This document shows, piece by piece, positions 1-9,376 of a stretch of DNA of 15,884 bases. The stretch comes from Ginkgo biloba (Eukaryota; Plantae; Ginkgophyta): contig JANKJI020000001.1 in the NCBI GenBank assembly GCA_024626585.2, positions 13,192,027 through 13,207,910 of the forward strand, read 5' to 3'. Under the pieces are notes generated by a model that was given only the letters and a program-made list of their open reading frames with translations, did not search any database and had not been told where the DNA came from. The translations under genes were made by a program, and so were the position numbers. Numbering within the stretch: the first letter of the stretch is position 1; each line of letters starts with the position of its first letter.

Positions 1-639
1 TTCTTAGTCTAATGATTGTGACAAAACCTTATCTAACCTTTAGCTTTAGTGCTGACACTAGTAGTAATTTTAGACAAGTATTTGTCAAATCTTGTGGCAT
101 AAAGTTTTCTTAGAGTGTGACCTCTTATAATGGTTATGTAATTTTGTGGATTTATTGCGCCACTTCTTTTATTTTGGTGTGGATTATGCGAGTAGTCCAA
201 ATTAGAGAAAAATTAGAACAAGTTGCTTTATAAAGAGCCTCAACAATGACTAAAGCAAGATTGCCCACTCCATGCTTAAGGAATTCTAAGTTGAAACCAT
301 ACATTTCATAACTTTTACTTATTTCTAATTTGTATAGTGCTTGGTGGACTAAACCTAGAGTGAAGAATTAGCAAGTTGTGGGATGAGATGAAATTTGGAT
401 GTGAGTTTGGTTAGGAGAATCATATACAAGGAGGAAACATGAGTGAACTTAATATTAAGGTCAATAATATGGCATGTGTTTTTATTCAGTGTCATGGTTG
501 TTGACTAAATGGGCATATTAGATGCATAGTCAACAATTAGTAACATGTCAATTGATTTGGGTTGGATCTAATGAAGAAGGATAACTATCAACTTCCATCT
601 TCATAGTAGCAGGGTGTTGTTAATTTCATAAAGAAGTCA

Positions 640-1750
640 CAACATGGGACTAAAAATTTTCTTGTTTAGCAACTGGATTTGAGACCAAAATTTTTTACGT
701 TTCCCTTTCGGGGTTTTAGAACCTACATCTAGTTTAAAAACTTGAAGTCCTATGATTTTGTTTAAGAAAAGTGCTAGTTTAAGGAATTCGCCCAAATCAC
801 AAGAAAATCCCCAAAGCTGCGAGAAATTGTCGAATTTTAGAAAGTGGGCAAAAGTTTGTGACAAGCAAAAAGTTGCTCCCTTTGTCACAAAAAGCAAAAA
901 GTCACGCCCTTTGTCACGACAAAATACCAAGTTTGCAAGAAAGTCCAAGTTTTCAAAAATTCGGTAAAAGTCCACGACCAAGCAAAAGTCGCGCCCTTTG
1001 TCGAGACAAAATACTGAGTCGCAAGAAATTATTGAATTTTAAAACGTTGGCGAAAATTTGTGACTAGGCAAAAATTCACACCCTTTATTGTGACCAAATA
1101 CCGACTCGTGAGAAAATGCAAAGTCACAAAACTCAATAAAATATCACGACTTGAGCAAATTATCGCTCCCAGGTCAAAAAGATGCGCAATTACGATGAGA
1201 GAATTTTGGTGTCAAGTCACCCTTCAAAAAGTTGAAACGAACAGTTATGGTAACTAATTCAACAATTTTTTATAAGAGGATAAAAGCTCTTGAGAGTTCA
1301 TTTTTTGAAACAGACCCTTCTTATTCATTCCTCTATGAGAAGATTGTTGTGATAATGATTCAAACATTAGCTTTTCTTTACCAAGTGAAAGTTTGTGATT
1401 TCACCAAGCCATAAAATTTGTGATTTATTTTTAAGTACCAAGCAATAACCTAAGATTTCACCAAGCTTCATAGCTTGTGACTCCATATATAAATGTAAAC
1501 TTTCTTGCAAGACAATAAGTTTTTTAGCACTTTAATTTTATTCCCATTTAAAGAATAAAGCATTGTGAGTGTGGACAGTAGCTCTAGTTCCTCAGTTCTT
1601 TTAAGTGAGAATTTGAATTTGTTATACTTATGACAATTGCTATTGATGTGATATTATAAATTGTTTAATTTTAGATTTTAAATTTGCTTCCGCTATACAC
1701 ATTCTCAAGTTTTGGACTATGCCATCTTGCGAATTGGCGACCACATAAAC
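640..1750 (+). mobile_element. Probable non-coding part (LTR/UTR) of an old LTR retrotransposon
   Basis: Contains the tandem array, short GATTTCACCAAGC repeats (~1398, ~1455), TATATAAA near 1487 and a T-rich segment ending TTGCTTCCGC. No coding domain was found and the boundaries are approximate. Confidence 0.4.
785..1115. repeat. Degenerate tandem repeat, 87-bp period, about 4 copies
   Basis: The anchor CAAAA(A)GTCRCGCCCTTTGTC..GACAAAATAC recurs with CCC at 907, 994 and 1081 (87 apart), and at 791/878 (87 apart). An extra 29-bp duplication lies between 878 and 907. Confidence 0.8.
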
Positions 1751-3444
1751 TCTTCTACCACATGGCAAAACTTCCACACTGTCCAACTATAAGAAAGAAT
1801 ATGAAATGAATGATTTTGCAACCAATTTGATAGTTATAACTGGAAAAAAAATAAAAGCTCTTTAAGAGCTTAAAAGGAGTTCCTTCAATTTAGTTCTTGG
1901 GCTCCTTGTTTAGTTCTTTAGTTGATGGAAACTCCAAGTGATAGTGGAAAACTAGATATAGTTATGAAATCCTTCCTTCTTCAAGCCTCAATTTTAGGCT
2001 TTTATTTTGCAAAGCATAAATTAATCCTCATGTGAGGTAATAATTTTGTGCACTTTGATTAACACTCCCGTATTGAAGGATATTAAGCTCTATAAATCCA
2101 TGGGCTTTGATTCCACCTATAGGCTTTCTGTAAAGCTCAACAAAGCCTCACATTTTCTTTCCTTAATAAAAGCAATGCTTTACATATGGCCTTAACTAAT
2201 TAATTCGTATTTTCTATTATCTCTTCCATTCAAAAAAACAATAAACCCACTTTATATATTATTGCACCATCCACTCTTCGAACATTGGCAAAGAGTACTC
2301 TCATTACCTCTACTGCTCAGCGTTTTGAACTTTTGGGACAATTCATACATTTATGCTTTTGACTCAATCCACTATAGGGTTTCCTCCTTTTCTCGACAAC
2401 TACATTCCCAATGAGTACGTTTCTTGTTAGAACATTTTGAGTCCCTCAAACTATCCCATGTCAACTCCCTACTTTGAAAGGGAGTCACCTAGTAGCATAT
2501 GTGCAATCACTATTTCAACCACTCAATTTGATGAATCTCTATTTAGTCCCAAGCAATTTACAACCTTAATACAAACTATATACTCGATTTTACCATAGCA
2601 CTTGTTATGTCAAAGCCCAATCCCACTTCTAATACTACTTTGGCATTGACATTTGCAATGGCTACTGCATTACATTGGCATCATCTACAATAATAGTTTT
2701 AAAGTTAGTGGTTTCAAAGTCAGCCCCAACTTCAAGGTCTCATTTACCACTAAGTCTATTCTAGCGACCACTACAATGTTAAATGTCACTTTTGATGCTA
2801 GTCATCTATGAGACTTCCAACATGCACTTGCTTCTTTTCATTAGAGTGCAAGAGGTTAGTAGATGATTTTGATGTAATAACGTAATGGATATAATATGGG
2901 CATCAACGTAATAGATGAGTCATGTTAAGACTTGTCTTAGTCAAGTGATTTGTGGATAGTTAGACAATTGTGTCCCGTATGCAACTACAAACCCTTTTGA
3001 TGAATTATGTCTCTTCCTTATTTGAGGGCCCATTTTTCATTTTGATGTATGATCATTGTGGGCAAGCCTAGACTATGCACTACAATGGTCATGTTGATGT
3101 GCTTCTTCATTTGATTATGCAGCAAATTTATCATTCCTTGTGCATTGTGCATTGCTTGCTCGATTATTGATGTCTCTCTCTTTTCTCTTGTCTCAATGCC
3201 AAACCAAACTTGTAACTAAAGAGTAAGGAAGTAGTTCGGCTAACAAAAGATCTCTTCATAGATTTATTAAAGTAATTAACAATAATAATCATAATACCAC
3301 TAGTTTTGAGGGTTGTATGACTTAGGTGCTAACACCCTTAACACCCTTAGAATAGTACACATACAAATAAATAGTCTATAAATAATATCCTTTCCGTGCA
3401 CATGTTTTGATGCAAATTTTCTGATAACGACTTGACGGAGAGAG

Positions 3445-3502
3445 CTATGCGCCCTTCAAATTACTGCACGCTGCACCGTGCAGTAAGTTGAAGGGAGCAC
3501 AG
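3445..3502. repeat. GC-rich inverted repeat (26-bp arms, 3 mismatches, 6-nt loop)
   Basis: Left arm CTATGCGCCCTTCAAATTACTGCACG, loop CTGCAC, right arm CGTGCAGTAAGTTGAAGGGAGCACAG (reverse complement CTGTGCTCCCTTCAACTTACTGCACG). Confidence 0.9.
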
Positions 3503-4611
3503 GAAGGGCCTTGACTATACCTCTTGAGTGTAACACAAAGTCCGAGGAATGTAGTCATAGCTAGTATTTAATATAGAAATCGTAGGATGCTCCATCAGAG
3601 CAAATAAAGAAAAAGGAATCGGGATGTTGGATAATATGAAAGGAAGTAAGGCACGCAAATAGTATCGACAAGCTTGCCTGTGTAGGTTTTGATAGGAATG
3701 TTACTACATGCAGTTATCTCTGCAACATTCTGTGCTTGCAAAATATGACTGATCAATGTGAGGCTAAAAGCATTGATAAATTAATTCAAAGCATCCGGTA
3801 AAACAGAACTCAAAACAATGCTTCAGGCATCTTTCCTTATGCATTATTGCATATGATATGCTTCATGAATGCCCCTACATCAACTTAAAACAAATTTAGT
3901 TAGAGTGGATCTGGACCTCAAAATCCCAAACACAAGCACGACTCTGCTTACCAATGCATGAAGTTGCTTTTAGCATTGAAATTTTCGGGAAGTGTAAAGG
4001 CAGCTTTTATATCACAGCTCAGACAAGCTACTAGCAAGTGTTATGTGGTGAACTGTAGCCACTACATTTAGCACAAATTATAACTCACACAGCAATCTTA
4101 GATGATGTGAAGCGTTTCAAAAAAACTTGAATGGTCTAATATTGCTACTGATATAAAAGCACAAAAATGTGCAGTAAAGATGTCTATTATTTCCAGATTC
4201 ATGATGTTTTACTAGAATCAAAGAATTGTTTGTGTGAAAAGTTGATATCATTCATCCCAAATGAATGATCCAGGCATTAGATTAAAATTATTTTATTCTA
4301 AACCACACCATGCCAAATATCTCATTTCGGCTCATGGCATTTCATGTTGCTTTCAAAGTAACAGGGTGAAAACTGCAGCAAAGTTGTCAGGTCCATCCTC
4401 AGAAACTTTTTGGAATTATAATTGCAGAATTTAAGTAGGTCACACTAATAATTTTACTGGGACTAAACACATCCTTGTTTTGGAGCAACCGACGGTAAAT
4501 GAACATTTCAAAATGTTTCCTGAACGAAGGGAAGGAACTGTGAAACCAGTCTATAGTTGTCATTGATGACCTGCCAATGTACATTTATCAGAAACCAAAT
4601 ATATCCCAACA

Positions 4612-4647
4612 TCATTCCAGATAATCTAAAGAATCTGTGATTCCCAC
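4612..4647 (-). CDS. MND1: MND1 terminal coding exon (VGITDSLDYLE*)
   Basis: Minus strand ttatctgtggcag|GTG GGA ATC ACA GAT TCT TTA GAT TAT CTG GAA TGA. It is in frame (phase 0) after the 169-nt intron 4648-4816 and matches the GIxEDFDY-type MND1 C-terminus. Confidence 0.92.
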   Translation of the reverse strand: MGITDSLDYLE

Positions 4648-4816
4648 CTGCCACAGATAACAATCAATCGACAAACAGAAAATTCAGAATATTGTTATAA
4701 TATAAACCTGTTGGCACTTTGCATTACATGCTTTGCAACAGGAAAATCCATGGAAATATGCTCCTTGGAGATTCAGAAGAGAAAAGAAAAATAGACTCTG
4801 ATCATGGCCATCTTAC

Positions 4817-4896
4817 CTCCTTGTACAAATGTTCTAGCCGTTCTTTAGCTTCAGGAAAATTGCTAGAACACCAATGCTGCAAAGCAAAGATGTTGT
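4817..4896 (-). CDS. MND1: MND1 penultimate coding exon (80 nt; [D]NIFALQHWCSSNFPEAKERLEHLYKE)
   Basis: Minus strand gcatttctgcag|AC AAC ATC TTT...TAC AAG GAG|gtaaga. It closely resembles the plant MND1 C-terminal region as I recall it (DNIFxLxxWCSxNFPxAKExLEHLY). It is embedded in ORF-track entry 4802..5053. Confidence 0.95.
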
Positions 4897-5045
4897 CTGC
4901 AGAAATGCATATTCTGATTAATAAGTCTGAATAGAAAGAGGACTCAAACTTGAGTAGTCCGAGAAAATGGTAGCAATGCAGCCATGACTTTTCAGATGAA
5001 TCTGAATTTTCAATCAGATTTGAAAAGGCAAAGTTAGACAAAAAC

Positions 5046-5090
5046 CTGTCCATCTATTTGCCGCTGCATGAGCAACTTCAGTTGCATTTC
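5046..5090 (-). CDS. MND1: Meiotic nuclear division protein 1, third-to-last coding exon (45 nt; [R]NATEVAHAAANRWT[D])
   Basis: Minus strand reads ttgatatttgtcag|GA AAT GCA ACT GAA GTT GCT CAT GCA GCG GCA AAT AGA TGG ACA G|gttttt. The peptide carries the family-typical AANRWTDN motif. Canonical AG/GT boundaries, and phases join correctly to the next exon. Confidence 0.93.
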
Positions 5091-5249
5091 CTGACAAATA
5101 TCAAGAAAGTGGGTGCATCAGAAACTTTATGCCAGACTGTCTTAATAATGATGCAAATCTGAAAATAAAGAGGAAGATCGAAATATTTCAGAGGTTGTTT
5201 CCTCTCTTCAAACATGCTCAGAAAATGCAAAAGTGCATGCCAAGCGGAA

Positions 5250-7835
5250 TCACAGAAAACAAATAGTGGATAATGTGGTTCTAGTGCAAGAGGTCCTTCA
5301 CTCAACAAAGGTAAGGAAATACAGAATTATTCTCATAAAATTGGACATGGCAAAGGCATATGATAGATTAGATAGGTATTTTCTTCTCAAGGGGCTTGAC
5401 AGTTTTGGCTTCTGTAAGAAATGGAGGAGGTGGGTCGAGGGTTGCATTTCCAACCCCTCTTTCTCAATCCTTATGAATGGTAGCCCGACAGGTTATTTCA
5501 GAGGGACGAGAGGTATTAGGCAAGGTTGTCCTTTATCCCTAGGCCTATTTGTTCTGGCAACAGAGGCACTTGACAGATCATTGGAGAGCAAAGTAGAGAG
5601 GTGTGGTCTAATGGGAGCAGAGACCACCTCAAATTGCAAATGGATTACTCATGTTTAGTTTGTGGATGATACGTTGTTGTTAGGCAAAGCCTCCTTGGAA
5701 AACACGAGTTTTTAAGGAGATGCTTAAAACTTTTCTATTGGCATTCAGGGAATCGGTGAATAAAGACAAATGCTTTGTTTCCAATTTGAATGGCTCCTTG
5801 AGGCAGCATACTAGGATCTATAGGTTTATGGGTTTCTAGAGGGGCTCTTTGGATTCTCCAATGAGGTATTTGGGGACCCCATTATCTCCCAACCCTTTGA
5901 GAATGAGGGATTAGTTTCCTCTCTTGAATAAATTTCGTAATAGAATTGAGAATTGGTCCTCTATTTAGCTCACTCTAGCAGGGAAAGTAACATTGATCAA
6001 ATCAATCTTAACCTTCTTTTTTATTTTTTTATGCTTCATCTTGGCTGCCCCAAAAGGAATTTTGGAGGACTTTGAGAAGATTGTACGTTCTTTCCTTTGG
6101 AAAGGAGGGAAAGAGAAGCTTAGAATTCTCTTAATAAAGTGGGAGACTATCTGCAGGTCAAAGAAGGAGGGTGGTCTAGGCATCCAGAGAATGAGGGATT
6201 TGGCAAAGGCAATTAGCGCCAAACAAGCTTGGAGGCTTGGTACAGGTCCACCGACACTATGGAAATCCATATTGATAAATAAATACTTTGGAGGTTTAAA
6301 CAGAGAATCCTTCCTATGGAAGTCGATCCTATGTAGTGTTGGGTCAGTGTTGTGGAAGAATATTGAACAAGGGTTGTCATTGATTCAGGAACATTTATCT
6401 TGGATCCCCGAAGATCGTAGGAGGATTCACTTTTTCGTTGAGGATTTTGTTGCAACAAATTCCTTACGGAAGGAGGCAAATTTGGAATTGTTGAGAGATT
6501 GGTTCTTGGAAAGGGGCTTATGGTAGATGATGGACTTTGTGAAAGAACACATCATGGAAAGCTCGAAGGGGCCCTTCTCTCTCTTCTCTTGGAAATCCTT
6601 AGAGGATTGGCTTGATCTCCCAAAAGACTTCAGTAGGGATTATCAAAATCTCATGGAATGCTTGGAGGCTAGGGAGCCTTTCCTTTTAGAAACATAGGAT
6701 AGCTTGGCTTGGTTAGGGGTTCCTAGTCAGAATGTCTTCTTAGTCAAAGGAGGCTATGAGGTCTTAGCCAGGAGAAGGGGAGGAGCGATCAACAAGAAGT
6801 GGGCAACTCTCTAGGGCACTCCAAGTCTCCCGAAGGTGAACTTCTTTGTCTGGTTGAGTTTCCATAATGCAATTCTTACATCAGATAATTTGAGGAGAGC
6901 CTTTTAGGGTCCTTCTAGATGTGTTTTATGCGGGGATCAAGAGGAGACAATGAGATCCTTTTTTTCGGATTGCAGCTTCAGTAAGAAAGTGTGGAAGGAG
7001 ATCTTAGTGCTAGTAGGGATCCACCAATTAGAAGTGTTTCAGATAGGCCACATCTTGGAGTTATTGGGGTTTTGGAGCCATTTAGTAAATTCTCATGGGC
7101 AACAAGCACTTGAAATGCTTAAGAAAGGTTGTTCCGAAATTCGTGTTATGGTTCTTGTGGTTAGAACGTACCAATTTTATTTTTAACAATTGAACCCCTT
7201 TAGTTGAGATAGTCATGTTGGCAGCAAGGAGGATAACTGGTGAAAGCATTTCAATCCTTAAGGTAAAGGAGGTCTCATCCTTGGGGGAGGAAGAAGTGCT
7301 TTCTTTATCCGCTTGGGGTGTGATTGTTACAGGGTCACCGGGAGTTGGGAGCATTCCAAGCAAGAGTGATGACATATCTTCTCATTTTCATATTCAGTTG
7401 GCTCAGGGACAAAGCCTACTTTTCTTTGATGGGGCTTCGAAAAACAACCTAGGGAAGGCAGGTTTGGGAGGTCTCCTAATCTTACTGCAACAGACCAAAA
7501 GTTTGGCTTATTGGGAGGATCTGGGTATATCTACCAATAATATGCTGGAAGGTAAAGCCCTTGTTAAGGGACTAAAACTCCTAAGGGAGAGGCATATCTA
7601 GAATGTCAAAATTTTATGGGGATTTGCTTCTCATTGTCAACCTCGTGAGAGGCAAGTGGGTATGCAACAACCCAAGTCTACAACCCATCATGAGGGAGAT
7701 TAGGTAGATTCTGTGGCACTTCAAAGATTGGGAGATCCTCTATACGAGCATGAGATGGAATGCCTGGGCAGATGCATTGGCAAAGAGGGGTTCAGAGGAA
7801 GAAAGAGGAGCATCTGGTCATTTAACCCAACAGTT
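5250..7835 (+). mobile_element. Decayed, 5'-truncated plant L1-clade LINE ORF2 (RT, zf-RVT, RNase H), antisense within the MND1 intron
   Basis: RT motifs: RKQIVDN, KLDMAKAYDR, RGIRQGCPLS, HV*FVDD (DD at 5665-5670), YLG, LAGKVTLIKS, IKWETICRSKKEGGLGI. The zf-RVT-like segment is PKVNFFVW...ILTSDNL...RCVLCGDQEETM...DCSFSKKVW (~6810-6995), followed by WFLWLER. RNase H motifs are FDGASKNN, TNNMLE, GD and RWNAWADALAK. Multiple stops and frameshifts; the 3' end runs into a gap. Confidence 0.95.
7419..7790 (+). pseudogene. RNase H domain of the L1 element (plant L1 RVT_3/aRH type), disrupted
   Basis: LFFDGASKNNLGKAGLGG...STNNMLEGKAL...YGDLLLIVN...NAWADALAK carries the D-E-D-D residues, split across frames by a stop and frameshifts. 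Confidence 0.88.
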
Positions 7836-8197
7836 NNNNNNNNNNNNNNNNNNNNNNNNNNNNNNNNNNNNNNNNNNNNNNNNNNNNNNNNNNNNNNNNN
7901 NNNNNNNNNNNNNNNNNNNNNNNNNNNNNNNNNNNCTTCTAAACTAGTGGTCATATGTTTGTATAGGGCCGAGAGTGGGCCCCATAAAGAGCTAAGATAG
8001 TAAAAAAGGCTGTAAATCAAGTTATTAATCTGATAAAAGGCTGGCGAGCTCTACCATAAAGCTTAAGGATCTATCCTTAAGAGACTACAGGATTTTCTAT
8101 TAGCTAGAAATGATTTTCTTATTTCCTGAGGCTAAGGGACCCACATGTGGCTTAGGAAGGTGGCCTTAGAAGGGAGAAAAACACAACCCAAAAGAAG

Positions 8198-8205
8198 TAT
8201 AAATA
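8198..8205 (+). promoter_or_regulatory. Candidate TATA box
   Basis: TATAAATA followed by GGG and a pyrimidine/CA-rich initiator-like stretch (TCATCATCACTC) about 25-30 nt downstream. An ATG follows at 8253. Confidence 0.45.
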
Positions 8206-8252
8206 GGGTAGAGACCCTTTTCATCATCACTCTATGAATAACAACTTCTACA

Positions 8253-9376
8253 ATGCCCTTCTTCTCTAATCGTCGTCATAAATGCAACATTAAGGTAGAA
8301 AACGTACAATTACTTGCAAGAGGAGATAAATTTCGACCCTAAGTAGTAATTTAGGAAACCTACAAGGGTAGTGAAATCTGCTATGATAATTCCAAGGCAC
8401 TTACTAAAGAAAAGTTGAAGATGCTTGACACTGATTTACAAAGTCCATACAAAACAATATCCAAATTTAGAAGGACAAGAGCAAAGGTCAACCTATAAGA
8501 ATATTGAAAGGGTAATCGGCTACATAGTGAATTCCCAATATACTGAACATATACTATTTGATGCCTTTTGAACAACAGATCAAGCGAAAGTATATGTAAA
8601 AAGACGTGCCAGAAAGTCTTAGCCACAAAATTCTAGGTCAATATTTGAACATCGGCCAGCTGGGCTACAAACGATGGCTCCATATGCAATAAAAGAGATT
8701 AGCAAAATAGAGTATCATCGAGAATGATTGCTCCATAGGTTCTGATTGCGTTTGTACAAATATCATGAAGGTGTGGAAGTAACAGGGATATTTGTACACC
8801 ATAATAGACATAGCTCATCAGCACTGACTATAGACATATCTAGACGGACACAAGCCATAATACCTAGAGAGATGGCAATCTAGCACAACCCACCACAATT
8901 TTTACAGATCATCCCCAACAAATGACAAAGGACGAGCAATGGTGGAAGTATTTACAGACACCAGCATATTTAAATAATGATAACTTACAAGCCTAAGCAC
9001 TATTAAAAATAAAATAATCAAATTTTGATCTATCTTTGAAGTTTAAAATAAAAAAATCCAACTCCACTCAAAAAGATGAATCAATCTTGAAGATATCTTT
9101 GATTTTCATGCATTTGCAAGATCCTTACAAGCTAGTATAACTATCATATATGGTCATCAAAACCCAACTAGACCTAGAACAATTGGTAACCCTAGGATAT
9201 ATTCTTAGTTGATTAGTAACCCCGCCCTAGCCAGGATAGGGAGTCATATACTTGATCCAGACTAAGGAAGTTTAAATAATAATAACCATCCTAGTAGCCT
9301 TGATCAATGGATAATGAATAGCATATTTGACCCATTATCTCTTAAGAATAATATATGTACTCACAATAATAAGTAC
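8253..9376 (+). pseudogene. Putative decayed ORF of unknown identity (~370 codons, probably TE- or virus-derived)
   Basis: Long, A-rich frames with few stops are joined by presumed frameshifts. The frame 8383-8973 has 7 internal stops, all TGA/TAG and none TAA; 9086-9376 has only 2 stops in 97 codons. No recognisable domain. Confidence 0.45.

Noticed and set aside
785-1115. CRISPR-like array or prokaryotic system
   Set aside because: The units are degenerate along their whole length with no unique spacers. The context is eukaryotic, with spliceosomal introns and no cas genes.
637-1414. Five overlapping short ORFs (K/S/R-rich)
   Set aside because: They are by-products of the 87-bp repeat and A-tracts, with no domain motifs.
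1900-3300. Possible decayed minus-strand coding remnants
   Set aside because: Frames are short and no recognisable motif was found. Probably old TE debris, but it cannot be classified by eye.
3331-3348. Tandem 9-mer AACACCCTT x2 as a transposon excision footprint
   Set aside because: Equally explained by replication slippage; no supporting context.
3488-3498. Calling the hairpin a MIR159/319 gene
   Set aside because: Only 11 nt match, the 5' seed region differs, and the stem is too short for that family's precursor.
4802-5308. ORFs 4802..5053 and 5078..5308 as standalone genes
   Set aside because: Only 4817-4896 of the first is true MND1 coding sequence. The rest is intron read-through, out-of-frame overlap or LINE antisense.
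5659-5670. FVDD instead of FADD in both LINE RTs as a novel catalytic motif
   Set aside because: Explained by a C-to-T change (GCN to GTN) in decayed, probably methylated copies.
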